From positions 5,120 to 69,119 of the forward strand of contig JAIRWR010000029.1 in NCBI GenBank assembly GCA_031268885.1: DNA of 64,000 bases. Reading direction: 5' to 3'. Of this stretch, positions 9,355-19,335 are shown piece after piece. This stretch comes from Synergistaceae bacterium (GTDB lineage: Bacteria > Synergistota > Synergistia > Synergistales > Synergistaceae). A program made the position numbers and the translations under genes. Below the pieces are notes generated by a model, which searched no databases, had not been told where the DNA came from, and worked only from the letters and a program-made list of their open reading frames with translations. Positions within the stretch are counted from its first letter, which is position 1. Each line of letters starts with the position of its first letter.

Positions 9355-10293
9355 CTATTGATTGTTCCGCATCGGGTATAGTTGTGTTCCAGCTTGTGTT
9401 CCACAATACATTACGGTAGCGTAACTTGTGCCGGACTTGATTCTCCTTCCCAAAATATCCGAGGAGTCCATGTGTTCCAGGACGCTTCCCTCCCAGGAGT
9501 CCAGCTTCTTAAAGAGCATGAGCGCGAGCGCGGCAGCGCGGCGGGCATCCACGTCAAGCCCGCTCGTCTTGGTGAAACGAAGTTCCGTGAGTATCTCCAG
9601 CGTGCGCGCGTCTTCGGCCGCCATCTCCTCCGGCGTTTTATAGTGCGACAGATCCATGCTCAGGATGAGAATGTCACCCTCCCGGAACAGTTCCAGAATC
9701 CTGTTTCTCATTATGATCAGCCCTACGTCAGAAATGCTCGGATTCAGCAGCACCGGCACGACTGACGCATTCGGAAAATAACGGCCGATCAGGGGGATGT
9801 GCAGAGTGACTCCGTGCTCGCGGGCGAATATTCCAGCATTTGTCTCCACGATACCCAACGTCCCCAACGCGCTGCCGGCCTCCTCGTCGTATCTCACGGT
9901 CCCAAACGAAAGGTCCCAGTCGGCATCGCAGATTGCGGCCAAGTTCCCGACTCGTCCGAAATGATCGGGGGCGAACAGCCAGACCCGTTTCACGCCTGCT
10001 TGCCGAGATTCGGATGTCAGGCGTTCGTAAAATCTCACGATCATGGGGAGCGCGAGGTCGTGGTGCGGCACGATTCCGCCCAGAATACGAGCATGACTCC
10101 CTGCCTGTCGTGCCGAGGCAAGCGAATACCGCCCGACCGCGCGAGACACCTCACCCTCGAACGGCGAACGGAGCGCGAACGCGTCTCCGGCATCCGAGAG
10201 TAGTAATCCGGCGAATGCCATTATGAACAGAAACCGCGTACGCCGGACGCGCTCAGCGGGAATCGCGCCCCCTATGGCCTCATTATCTTTCAA
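9355..10293 (-). CDS. Memo / AmmeMemoRadiSam-system-protein-B-like protein with an N-terminal signal-like segment.
   Basis: Carries GGIVPHHDL, FAPDHFG, HGVTLHIPL and SMDLSHY blocks typical of the Memo family. The N-terminus RRTRFLFIMAFAGLLLSDAGDAFA looks like an export signal. It overlaps the upstream gene stop by 11 nt. Confidence 0.7.
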   Translation of the reverse strand: MKDNEAIGGAIPAERVRRTRFLFIMAFAGLLLSDAGDAFALRSPFEGEVSRAVGRYSLASARQAGSHARILGGIVPHHDLALPMIVRFYERLTSESRQAGVKRVWLFAPDHFGRVGNLAAICDADWDLSFGTVRYDEEAGSALGTLGIVETNAGIFAREHGVTLHIPLIGRYFPNASVVPVLLNPSISDVGLIIMRNRILELFREGDILILSMDLSHYKTPEEMAAEDARTLEILTELRFTKTSGLDVDARRAAALALMLFKKLDSWEGSVLEHMDSSDILGRRIKSGTSYATVMYCGTQAGTQLYPMRNNQ

Positions 10294-13093
10294 GTTCGCG
10301 ATACCAGGCCGGGCGGTATCTCTCCAACTCCTCGGCGCGGTCCTCGCAGTAAACTATCTCTTTCCACTCCTCGTCTGTCATCCTGCCCTCGGAGAGAGAA
10401 CGCTCGAACTCATAGTACGAGTAGATATATCCGCGCGTCAGGCGCGAACCGCCGGACTTGTCATTCACATAGGCATAAATTTTTCGCGGCGTCCCCGACG
10501 CGGCTTCAAGACAGGCGCCGCTAATTCCGTCTGTGGCAACGTCCGCGACAAGGGCCATCTTCACCTGCTCCCGCGCGTCGTCGCCATAAAATTCTCCTGT
10601 GCCGGGCAGAAGGATCTCACCGCGGAAACCGCGTGCTATCTCCTTTATCGCGGAGTAGTCCTCCCGGGTTATCTCCGCTCCATCAACCTCTTTTTTAGCT
10701 ATATCGCGAGCTTTTTTCAAGATATCCGAGAGATCGGTCAGTTTTTTTTCATAGTTGTCCATAGACTCGAAATAATCGTCTTCCGGCGCCGGGGGCTCCA
10801 TACCGTATTTTTTGATGAAATCCAATAATTCGCCAGTAGCCGCAAGCAACGCGTCAAAGGCTTTGGGGTCAGGCTCGACGTAACCTCTGGGTTGAGGCGG
10901 GGCGAAGCGTCCGGCGTAGAAGTCGCGGCCATCTCCCATCTCGGCCGCGCTCTGTTCCGCGTAGAGTATCGTATCGTGCTTGAGTTCCGCCCATGACGCC
11001 AGATAAGTGGATAGCTTCTTCCACTGCCACGCAGGGGCGTTATAAAAAAACTGCTTTGAACCTGAATCCTCGAAACCGGAACTGAAAACCGACAGCCACT
11101 TCGAGTAGACAGTGCGCTCGCCACTCAGATAAGCGGCCGCTTCGGACTTCAACGCTTCGAGGTTATCGCGGTAATTTTTAACATCGTAGTTTTTCCGGGC
11201 GTAAATGTCAGCCGCCGCCGAGCCCAAAACCGCCATAACATCCGTTCCCTCGGGAAGATTTCTCGGCAGTTCGTCGGTCCCGGTCCGAGGCGAGGCGAGC
11301 ATATTCATTACGTACGCGTCATACGTGAAACGTCTGCCGGAGATACGAAACACAGCGTCCCGATTCGCGAAATCGGAATCTTTCCTGTCAACACCGACGA
11401 CGCTCTGTATCATCGGCCCTCTTATCACAGCGGAGATCTCTTCAGCAAGAGAGAGAATTTTAGCCTTGTCGGACAGGTTTTTATAGCTCGCTGCGTGATC
11501 CGGTTCGCCGATATGCTTCCGCACGAGAGCGCGGAAAGCTTTAGAGTCCCCCGAGTTCGGAACTCCTACCAGGAAACCTATCGGTTCCTCGAACGATTCC
11601 CATCTTTCGCCCAGAGAATCCAGAATTAGAGATATGAGGGCGGCTGTCCTCACGTTTCCAATTATCGGCTTGCCGGACGAATCAAAGAGCGGCAGCTCCG
11701 CCGTGCCGATATAGCTCATGGCACGGAAGTAACACCCGAACTCCCGGATTAGCGTGTAGTGTCCGCGAGGTTTGAACATCGTGTAGTCGATTTTTTGTCC
11801 TGTAATCCTTGATTCTTCGATGCCCTCAGCCGTCATGACGCGGAGAAATTCTTCGGCGGCTGCCGGGGAGAGCCCGAATCTATCCGCGTGATCCGCTAGC
11901 GGCAACGCGGCTGCCATGCCCTCAAGAGCCATGGCACGACAAAATTCTTCGGCGGTTGACAGAGGGAACCCTGATTCATTCAGCAACAACGCGGCTGCCA
12001 TGTCCTCAGCCGCCACGACGCGGCGAAATTCTTCGGCGGCTGCCGGGTAGAACTCTGATTCATCCGCGTGATCCGCTAACAGCGACGCGGCTATAGCGAA
12101 CATGTTCCTGGCTGTCTCGTAAGAGGGGGTAATGCCTTCCGGAATGTCCGGCTTCGCTCTTTCGAGGCTGTCCATTGCCTCCTTCAGACAGATGCCGAGC
12201 GCGGGGGCGAGATACACGCGCTCAAGTTTTTGGAGCATGTGCTCGAAGATGAGGTGAAATGAGTGAAGAAATATGTCCGTCGTGATGAAATCGACCTCGT
12301 AATCGCCGGTTTCGCGATAGCTGTCAGCCATGTCGTCAACTGAGATATATTCCAGTATCACTGGACGCGAATCTATCGCGAATCCGTGTTTGGATATTCG
12401 CGCGATCATCTCGGACGGGACCTTCTCTGTGATTTTGCCGGCATCCCCTCCATCGCCTTTTCTCATCACTGCCGGTATCGATGCCGGATCGATCCGGCTG
12501 TTGTCCGGCTCGTATGATTCGAGAGAGATGAAGTCCCTCTTGTCTCCCCACGCGTAACGCGCGCCAACACCCCCGTCCCCGCTTCCGGGCACGGTGCCGA
12601 ATTCGAGCAGGAGCATCCCCTCGCGTTCGCCGGGCGAAGGCAGGACTTCTCCCTTTAAAAGGGAATATCCGTAGAAGGACAAGTCATACTTGTCCTCTCC
12701 CGGATAGAGGAGCAGTTGAGGGGAGTCTTTAAGCGACATGTAATATTTTGTCGCGGCGGGCTTGTATTCCGGAGATTTTTCGACTCCGGACGTTTCAACA
12801 TAGCCGAGCGCCGAACCGTCTTCCGGGGAGATCAGTTCGTTCCAGCCCTCAGTCGAGCACTCGCGCAGTTCCAGCCTGTTTCCGTAAACGACGACGCCCT
12901 GAACGCCCTCGTTCCAGAGCACCTCTCCGTCTCTGATTTCATACTTGGCGCCGGGCGACTCCATTATCGGCAGCACTTCCGCTACCACCGTGTAATACGC
13001 CGAGTCCGCGGCTAACGCGGCGCGTGGTAAAAACGCTGAGGCTGCCATAAGTAACAGAAATATGATCGCAGAGGAACGCGCGTAATTTCTCAC
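10283..13093 (-). CDS. Large exported protein, DUF3160-like, with an N-terminal SH3b-like region and internal tandem repeats.
   Basis: 936 aa with signal peptide MRNYARSSAIIFLLLMAASAFLPRAALA. The MFKPRGHYT motif is what I associate with DUF3160. The family call is from memory and needs an HMM check. Confidence 0.6.
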   Translation of the reverse strand: MRNYARSSAIIFLLLMAASAFLPRAALAADSAYYTVVAEVLPIMESPGAKYEIRDGEVLWNEGVQGVVVYGNRLELRECSTEGWNELISPEDGSALGYVETSGVEKSPEYKPAATKYYMSLKDSPQLLLYPGEDKYDLSFYGYSLLKGEVLPSPGEREGMLLLEFGTVPGSGDGGVGARYAWGDKRDFISLESYEPDNSRIDPASIPAVMRKGDGGDAGKITEKVPSEMIARISKHGFAIDSRPVILEYISVDDMADSYRETGDYEVDFITTDIFLHSFHLIFEHMLQKLERVYLAPALGICLKEAMDSLERAKPDIPEGITPSYETARNMFAIAASLLADHADESEFYPAAAEEFRRVVAAEDMAAALLLNESGFPLSTAEEFCRAMALEGMAAALPLADHADRFGLSPAAAEEFLRVMTAEGIEESRITGQKIDYTMFKPRGHYTLIREFGCYFRAMSYIGTAELPLFDSSGKPIIGNVRTAALISLILDSLGERWESFEEPIGFLVGVPNSGDSKAFRALVRKHIGEPDHAASYKNLSDKAKILSLAEEISAVIRGPMIQSVVGVDRKDSDFANRDAVFRISGRRFTYDAYVMNMLASPRTGTDELPRNLPEGTDVMAVLGSAAADIYARKNYDVKNYRDNLEALKSEAAAYLSGERTVYSKWLSVFSSGFEDSGSKQFFYNAPAWQWKKLSTYLASWAELKHDTILYAEQSAAEMGDGRDFYAGRFAPPQPRGYVEPDPKAFDALLAATGELLDFIKKYGMEPPAPEDDYFESMDNYEKKLTDLSDILKKARDIAKKEVDGAEITREDYSAIKEIARGFRGEILLPGTGEFYGDDAREQVKMALVADVATDGISGACLEAASGTPRKIYAYVNDKSGGSRLTRGYIYSYYEFERSLSEGRMTDEEWKEIVYCEDRAEELERYRPAWYRELER
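11822..12097. repeat. In-frame tandem repeat (96 + 84 + 96 bp) inside the DUF3160-like gene.
   Basis: Three consecutive units share GCCCTCAGCCG..CACGACGCGG.GAAATTCTTCGGCGGCTGCCGGG...GATCCGCTA.C.GCGACGCGGCTGCCAT. They encode repeats of ...AAAEEF(R/L/C)R(V/A)(V/M)..E(D/G)MAAAL... Confidence 0.85.
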
Positions 13094-13200
13094 TCATTCT
13101 TCACTTCCTCTCAAATAGTTTATTAAAGATATAGACGAAATACCCGGCGAAAACAATGGTACGCGGAATAACAGCACTCTCCTCTTGTCTCTTACGATAA

Positions 13201-13230
13201 GGGACTGTCCGCCTTTCGGCGGACAGTCCC
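13201..13230 (-). terminator. Strong hairpin downstream of the 13255..13689 gene.
   Basis: GGGACTGTCCGCC-TTTC-GGCGGACAGTCCC, a perfect 13-bp stem. There is no long U-tract, so the terminator function is inferred. Confidence 0.5.
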
Positions 13231-13254
13231 TCGGCAGACCGTCAAACGCGCGTG

Positions 13255-13689
13255 TTAGCGCGTCTTCGAATCGATGTTTACCGTGTTTCCGTTTATCTTG
13301 AAGAATTTGCCCTGCCATGTGGTATCATCATCAGGCTGAGCGTCGGAGCTATACGTGAACGTGTGACGGCTCACCCATCTTCTGATCTGCGCGTTCTTTT
13401 TCGCCGCCGAATCGTAATACTGATCCTTGTTGTACGCCGCGAAGTAAATTCCGCGCGATTCGTCGGCGTTCAACGTAATTGATGTTTCACCGTCCGGCGC
13501 CACGTGCCACCAGCCTTTCGTCACGAGCGCGCCGCTTGCCTTATCAACATACGTCAGGGTAATGCTCAGGCGCGTATTCACGCCGTTCACAATCCTTATC
13601 GTAGCCGCGCTCGCCTCAAACGCCGACACCATAATAAACACCGCGATGATCAGTATTGCTGCTTTCAAAGTTCCTCTCACTGTTTCCAC
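13255..13689 (-). CDS. Small secreted protein, DUF1036-like.
   Basis: Signal peptide ...KAAILIIAVFIMVSAFEASA, then IRIVNG...LTYVDKASGALVTKGWWHVAPDGE...IYFAAY, a pattern recalled from DUF1036. The exact start is uncertain (GTG/TTG options). Confidence 0.5.
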   Translation of the reverse strand: METVRGTLKAAILIIAVFIMVSAFEASAATIRIVNGVNTRLSITLTYVDKASGALVTKGWWHVAPDGETSITLNADESRGIYFAAYNKDQYYDSAAKKNAQIRRWVSRHTFTYSSDAQPDDDTTWQGKFFKINGNTVNIDSKTR

Positions 13690-13844
13690 GTCCTCTCAAT
13701 TATAGATAAATTACAAACGCTTCTGATAATTATACCCTATAAAACAGTCTATTTCCTCCTGTCGTTCCGCCGATTGTGGATCGCTAATTTACTCAGCCGG
13801 CGGAACCGGCGCGGTTATCTCTCTGTAGCCCACTCTAGTCTGAT

Positions 13845-14057
13845 TTACGGCTGCGGAGGGACGGGAACCGTCAGCTCGCGCTTTATGATTTTATTCTCGG
13901 CGTCGGCCCAGTCTTCCGGCGTTTTGACGTAATCCTCGGTGATGACGATATGTTCTCCGTCCTCCGAGATTCCGGTGAACCGGAAATTTTGTGTGTCAGA
14001 GGACTCCTTCAGGACAATGGTCTCATCGGCCGCCGAATCATACAGCACGGCGGACAT
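13845..14057 (-). CDS. Hypothetical small acidic protein (70 aa).
   Basis: An ORF on the same strand as its neighbours with protein-like composition. I recognise no family. Confidence 0.3.
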   Translation of the reverse strand: MSAVLYDSAADETIVLKESSDTQNFRFTGISEDGEHIVITEDYVKTPEDWADAENKIIKRELTVPVPPQP

Positions 14058-14145
14058 CCTCAGCCAATAAGGACGTTCGCGAGTTCGCCGGTCTCTTCGC
14101 GGGTATAATCTATCCGCGTGAAAACAAAACGCATTACGGGCTCTC

Positions 14146-16629
14146 CTAAAACGCGGTTTTCCTCAGTTCGGCGCGGGAGTGAACGTCTAATTTTTCGTAA
14201 ATAATTTTAGCGGTGGATCTTACAGTGTTCTCCGTAATAAAAAGTTTCTCAGCGATCTCCTTAGCCTGAAGCCCGTCTTTCATAAGCAGGGCGATCTCCC
14301 GCTGACGCTTGGTAAGGACGGGTTTTATCCCCGCGAGGGACGCTTGAATCTTATTTATCCCCGCGGCCTGCCGTTCGCACAGAGCGGTCAGTTCCCTCAT
14401 CTCCCCGCTGTAGACGCCGCCGAGCGATTTCAATAACGGCGCGATATACTGGGCGTGCTCCGCGAAGGGAAGATATACTCTGTCTGGCATGGCGAGCGCG
14501 AACGCCTCCTCAAAGCGGGCGCGGGCCGCGGACTGATCTCCGTCCGTGTAATGGGCCGCGGCAAGGAATATTCCATGATAAACCTGGGGCAGCAGGTAGT
14601 TCATCCTGCGGGCGACGTTCGTCACCGGTTCGGTGATGCCGTACAGTTCCGCGTGGCGGCCCTCGCGAAGCAGCATCATGCCGTGAAGCATGAGCGCGTA
14701 AGGCTGTCCGTCGGAGTAAACGGCCTTTCTTATGCTCTCTGTCTCGCGCAGCCAGGACGGGAGGTCGTCCGTGTTCCCCAGCAGCATGTCCGTCTGCGCG
14801 CGGCAGAGATCGCCTATGCGCAGTATCGAGGTCTGGCTGGATTCGTTCACGTCTTTTGCGATACTCTTCCGCGCAGCGCCGTATGCTCCGGCGTCGCCGC
14901 GCAGAATCGCGATACGCGCCAATATCAGCTCCGCGCATAGGCAGTTGCCTATCTGTCCCGCTTCGCGCGCCTCATAAATAGCTTTGTGACACAGTATCTC
15001 CGATACGCCGTCGTTGCCGCGGAACAGCCTGGCCTCCGCCCGCATCAGACATTCCCCGCCAGCTCCATGCCCGCCCGCCAGCGTCACATAATAAGGAAGA
15101 CAGTCATCCATGATATCGAGCGTTCTTTCCAACGCGCCGCTCTCTCTCCAATAGAGAAAAAAGACGGACGCCCCGCTCATTGTCCATGGCATGGACCCGC
15201 CGAAGATGACCGACCTCGGCGGGTCGGAGAGGCGTTTCAGGTAATCGTAGGACTTCCTGTGATACTCGCTCATCTTTGTGATATCGTTGAATTGGGTGAA
15301 GGAGACGAGCATCGAAAACTCGCCCATGATACGCGATAACTCGGCTTCCGGCAGATCATGAAGGCCGATGAGTCTCCGTATCAGCGCCACTACCTTGGAG
15401 AAATGCTCCTGCCTTCTGTCGCGGAAGAATTGATGTCCGAACGTGAGGAGAGCGATGGGGTGCTTCAATAGCGTCTCCTCTGGACATTCGTCGATCAGCC
15501 GCTCGAAAAAGTCTATCACGCTTATGTCCCTGAAATTGTAAAAATACCGCGTTGTAAAGGGCATCGAGAGTATTTTATCGTAGTCTTTGATGTCGCTGTA
15601 AAACCGTGTGGCGTCGAAATAATTATCGTCTGTCTCACAGGCCGCGCCAGCCCTACGGAACATCTCACGCCGGAAATCGTCTCCCGCGTGATCGAATCTC
15701 CTTCGAAGGTAATTTTGCAGGAGGCTGTGCATGTAATATACGCCCTTGTCTGGGATAAACGGAATAAAAACGTTGCGCTGCAGCAGGTCGTTTATTTTCG
15801 CTGTGTCCTGGAAGCCTCTTCGCATGACGGAAGCCTGCCGGGGCGAGAAGCTGTCGAAGAGTGACAGCGACAGCAGAAAGTCCCTCTCCTCATCCGACAG
15901 ACGGTTCCATATCGCGGTCTCGATGAGGTCATCCATGTTCTCCGACAGGGCAAGCGTTCCAGTCGCTTTGTAGTTCAGCATCTGAAGTTTTATCGCCGCT
16001 ATCCATCCCCCCGTGAGGCTATGAACTTTTTCCAGGTCTTCCGGCGAAATCTCGATACCAGCCAGCGCGAAATAACGCCCGACACTCTCTCTGTCAAATG
16101 AAAAATCACGTAGGCCGATGTTGTGAATATCGAGGGAGTGCCACGTTTTGTTTTGAGGAAGTCCCTGTGTAACGAAGACGACGTGGAGAGCGCGCGACGC
16201 GTGAAGCGAAAAGGCGTTGACGATATCGGCGGGAACCTCGCTTCTGACTAGCTGGTAATTGTCGATCACCAGAAACGAGTCGCGCTCGCATCTGCACTCT
16301 CGCATGATCGCGGCCACGTCAGCCATCGTCTCCCTACCTGGAAGCCCGATGCCACGCAGGTTTTCTGACGTAGCGCGGTCTATCTCCCCGAGGACGTCAC
16401 AGATGTTATTCCACGCCCTCACGGGAGATTCCCCAAGGCTCGTGTACCAGAAATCGCGCACGGAGGCGGACAGATTCTGGCGCAGGTATCCGCGAAGGGA
16501 AGTCGTTTTGCCGAAGCCGGAAGGCGCTTCTATCACCGTCAGCGGGTAGTCTTTTACCTTTGATACCTTCGATATAAGTCTTTTCGGAAAGTAAACGATA
16601 TCCTCGGCGTGCGCGATTTTTTTGGCCAT
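14146..16629 (-). CDS. MalT-type (large ATP-binding LuxR, STAND NTPase + TPR-like + C-terminal LuxR HTH) transcriptional regulator.
   Basis: Walker A EAPSGFGKTT. C-terminal LuxR HTH LTKRQREIALLMKDGLQAKEIAEKLFITENTVRSTAKIIYEKLDV. The preferred start is ATG at 16629 (MAKKIAH) behind GAGGAAAGGA, rather than the track start at 16728. Confidence 0.85.
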   Translation of the reverse strand: MAKKIAHAEDIVYFPKRLISKVSKVKDYPLTVIEAPSGFGKTTSLRGYLRQNLSASVRDFWYTSLGESPVRAWNNICDVLGEIDRATSENLRGIGLPGRETMADVAAIMRECRCERDSFLVIDNYQLVRSEVPADIVNAFSLHASRALHVVFVTQGLPQNKTWHSLDIHNIGLRDFSFDRESVGRYFALAGIEISPEDLEKVHSLTGGWIAAIKLQMLNYKATGTLALSENMDDLIETAIWNRLSDEERDFLLSLSLFDSFSPRQASVMRRGFQDTAKINDLLQRNVFIPFIPDKGVYYMHSLLQNYLRRRFDHAGDDFRREMFRRAGAACETDDNYFDATRFYSDIKDYDKILSMPFTTRYFYNFRDISVIDFFERLIDECPEETLLKHPIALLTFGHQFFRDRRQEHFSKVVALIRRLIGLHDLPEAELSRIMGEFSMLVSFTQFNDITKMSEYHRKSYDYLKRLSDPPRSVIFGGSMPWTMSGASVFFLYWRESGALERTLDIMDDCLPYYVTLAGGHGAGGECLMRAEARLFRGNDGVSEILCHKAIYEAREAGQIGNCLCAELILARIAILRGDAGAYGAARKSIAKDVNESSQTSILRIGDLCRAQTDMLLGNTDDLPSWLRETESIRKAVYSDGQPYALMLHGMMLLREGRHAELYGITEPVTNVARRMNYLLPQVYHGIFLAAAHYTDGDQSAARARFEEAFALAMPDRVYLPFAEHAQYIAPLLKSLGGVYSGEMRELTALCERQAAGINKIQASLAGIKPVLTKRQREIALLMKDGLQAKEIAEKLFITENTVRSTAKIIYEKLDVHSRAELRKTAF

Positions 16630-16791
16630 ATCCTGTCCTTTCCTCATCTCATCAATTCGCCGCGCTTCGTGTCGAAATCTATGTCGCCGCGTCCGACAGA
16701 AAACCGTGTTACTCAAAAGAGATAACACGGTTGCTTATTTTTTTCCAGGGACTAATGGTCCCGAATATTTTTTATCCTCGGATCGGTAAGG

Positions 16792-19335
16792 TCATGTCCG
16801 CGACCGCCAGTCAAATCCCGTTTCATCAAGAGACGCGGCGAGGTATGTACGGCCTCGGCGCCCTATTTTTCCGTAAATTACGGAAAGACAATTCTTGATG
16901 GTCTTTTCGGACAGGAATAGTTTTTTCCCTATCTCCTTGTTATGAAGCCTTTCCGCCGCGAGGCACGCGATTTTATACTCCCTCTCTGTCAGGCCGAAGG
17001 GAATGTGGGGATGCAACGCGTGCCAATAAGCGGAACGCCCAACTTCCAGGCGTTTTGCCAGCGCTCGGATCTCATCCGCCACAGAATCTCCGGAGTCAAT
17101 CCTCCCGCACTCTCGGAGGACGGGGGAGATCGTCTCGTAATGCTCGGCGAACGGCAGCAACAGCCGGTCGGGCAGAGCGATCGAGAGCGCGCTGGTAAGA
17201 GATGAGACTGCCGAACGGAGATCGCCTCTCCAGCAGTACGCGCAGGCACTGAGGATATGGCAGTAAACCTCGCCCATGACCAAGCGCGGCCTTTTGGAGA
17301 GTTCGAGAACCTCATTCACCGTGTCGAGCCATTTTTTCGCGGCTTCAACGTCTTTTCTAGAACCTTCCGGCACGGCGCGGAGCAGATATTTTCCGTATAA
17401 CGTAAGCGCGTAAGGCGCGGCGTGGATATGTTTCAAAAATTCTTCGCCCGCCCTTCCATTCTGTATCCACTCAACAGCCTTGCCCGGATTACCGAGGAGC
17501 AGCGCGACGCAGGAAACCGCCATCTCCGCCTCCTGCCGGTCAGATCTCTCTCCGTCACGCCGAGCGATGGCCGAATACCCGGATAGTGTTTCCATCATCT
17601 GGGCAACCTGTCCAACGTCACCGGAGAGGATTGCCGCTCTCGCCAGCAACAGACATGCCCCGATGCTAACGCTTCTCTGTCTTCGCTTCTCTGACTGGAC
17701 AAGCGCCTTGCGCGCCAACTTCACGGCCTCACGGGGATCGCCTCGGTTGAGGCGAGCCTCCGCTTCCATCAGAAAGTCGCCGCCGCTCCCGTGCCCCTCC
17801 GTTAGGGCGAAATAATACCCGCACCCTCTGTACATTTCGGATAGTTCTTCGTCAAGCTTCCCCGGCACTGAGTGGTACATGAAAAGCACGGAGGTGTTTC
17901 CGAACGTCCAGGGATCGTTCATCCGAATAAGCGACGGCCGCCCTCCTGTCAGTTCATGAGCGCGCTTCATCAGAGCCGCCATCTTCGAGATGTCGTTATA
18001 CTCCCCGAAGGACGACAGTAGGGTCAGCTCTCCGAAGAGACGGTTCTTATCGTCCGCCGCTATTTCGATGCCCTCTATAACGCGCTCAAATTCGGCGCAG
18101 GCTTCCTTGAATACATCGACGCGCCCTACGTCGAGCAAGTTGAAGGCGTGTTTCAGGAAGTGTATCGGATATCTCAATCTCACCTCCCGAGATGAATTTC
18201 GCACTATCCCAACGGTTATCTCCTCGTAAGTCATGCCCATGTTGGGGGAGACGTCGCGCCCCATAATATCCAGGGAGAGCGCGGCATCGTAATCGTGGCT
18301 CGCGCAGTAATACGCCACGGCATCCTCCGGATGCCCGCGGTTGATACGCCATTCGGCGGCGCGTCTCAGCGTTTCGGAGCGGAGATCAGGGATGAGTTCC
18401 AGTTCGGAGCGTATTATGCGGAGCAGGTAGTCGTGAGGCAGAAAGATGCCTTCATAGATGCTGTGCCGCATCAACGGTTCCTTGCCAGATATCTCCCGAA
18501 TTTCGTGGGGAAGGGGATCTCCCGGGCCGAGGCCGAGCGTGAAAGCGGCCTGTTCCATCGTATAGCTGTCAAAAGGCGAGATTCTAAGAAGAAAATTTTT
18601 CTGCGCGGCGGACAGCTTCCTCCATGAGTGACGTTTTTTTAAGTCGTCATTGGTAGCCTCGTTCATTCGGAGGAATTTTCCCGTTGAAAAATATTCGTTC
18701 ATCTCGAACAGGAGGTCCATCACGCAGCCTCCAGTGAACTCGCTCACGAGAGCGGCATCTCGCCCGTCGAGCTTGACGCCGCTCGCCGCGAAAAATTTAG
18801 CCGTATCGTCCGCATCCAAGGCAAGATCCTCGTAATCAAGCCAGCATACGCCGGGATAGCCGCGCAGTCTCAGGTCGTCGAAGTGCCGGGTCATAACGAC
18901 TACATGAAACCGCTCATCCCTTCTCCTCCAGAAATCCCCCCATGCATCCACACACGCGGCACGGGCGAGATTTTGGAAATCGTCGATGAAAAACCACGTT
19001 TCAGCCTCACAACTGACGCTTGACAAGATACGCGAGGCATCCCCTGATAAATTCTTGTCGGGCAGCCCGAGGGAACGTAGTTTTTCCCCGGCGTCCCCAA
19101 GATCGTTGACCACATCGCAGAACCGCCGCCATTCGGACGCTTGAGACTCGCCGCATAGACAGGTGTGCCATATTTTGCGCGCGTCGCGAGGTATTTTTTC
19201 GTTCCAAAGGCATTCACCGACTGTCGTCTTGCCGAAACCGGACAGGGCTGTGATTATGACGGTATGGGAGAAGCGCGCCTCATTGAGCCTGGAGATAAGC
19301 CGAGGGGAAAAGCATCTGATATTTTCACGCGGCAT
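16792..19335 (-). CDS. Second MalT-type LuxR-family regulator, paralogous to the downstream one.
   Basis: Walker A ALSGFGKTT. C-terminal LTEREYKIACLAAERLHNKEIGKKLFLSEKTIKNCLSVIYGKIG. Same length class and architecture as 14146..16629. Confidence 0.85.
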   Translation of the reverse strand: MPRENIRCFSPRLISRLNEARFSHTVIITALSGFGKTTVGECLWNEKIPRDARKIWHTCLCGESQASEWRRFCDVVNDLGDAGEKLRSLGLPDKNLSGDASRILSSVSCEAETWFFIDDFQNLARAACVDAWGDFWRRRDERFHVVVMTRHFDDLRLRGYPGVCWLDYEDLALDADDTAKFFAASGVKLDGRDAALVSEFTGGCVMDLLFEMNEYFSTGKFLRMNEATNDDLKKRHSWRKLSAAQKNFLLRISPFDSYTMEQAAFTLGLGPGDPLPHEIREISGKEPLMRHSIYEGIFLPHDYLLRIIRSELELIPDLRSETLRRAAEWRINRGHPEDAVAYYCASHDYDAALSLDIMGRDVSPNMGMTYEEITVGIVRNSSREVRLRYPIHFLKHAFNLLDVGRVDVFKEACAEFERVIEGIEIAADDKNRLFGELTLLSSFGEYNDISKMAALMKRAHELTGGRPSLIRMNDPWTFGNTSVLFMYHSVPGKLDEELSEMYRGCGYYFALTEGHGSGGDFLMEAEARLNRGDPREAVKLARKALVQSEKRRQRSVSIGACLLLARAAILSGDVGQVAQMMETLSGYSAIARRDGERSDRQEAEMAVSCVALLLGNPGKAVEWIQNGRAGEEFLKHIHAAPYALTLYGKYLLRAVPEGSRKDVEAAKKWLDTVNEVLELSKRPRLVMGEVYCHILSACAYCWRGDLRSAVSSLTSALSIALPDRLLLPFAEHYETISPVLRECGRIDSGDSVADEIRALAKRLEVGRSAYWHALHPHIPFGLTEREYKIACLAAERLHNKEIGKKLFLSEKTIKNCLSVIYGKIGRRGRTYLAASLDETGFDWRSRT

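Noticed and set aside
13094-13318. 74-aa minus-strand ORF between the DUF3160-like and DUF1036-like genes.
   Set aside because: It spans the strong terminator hairpin and overlaps the 3' end of the upstream gene. It has no RBS and implausible composition.
14146-19335. The two STAND-type NTPases as Avs-like antiviral sensors.
   Set aside because: Both end in canonical LuxR-type HTH domains and lack any nuclease, protease or other effector domain. MalT-type transcription regulators are the simpler reading.
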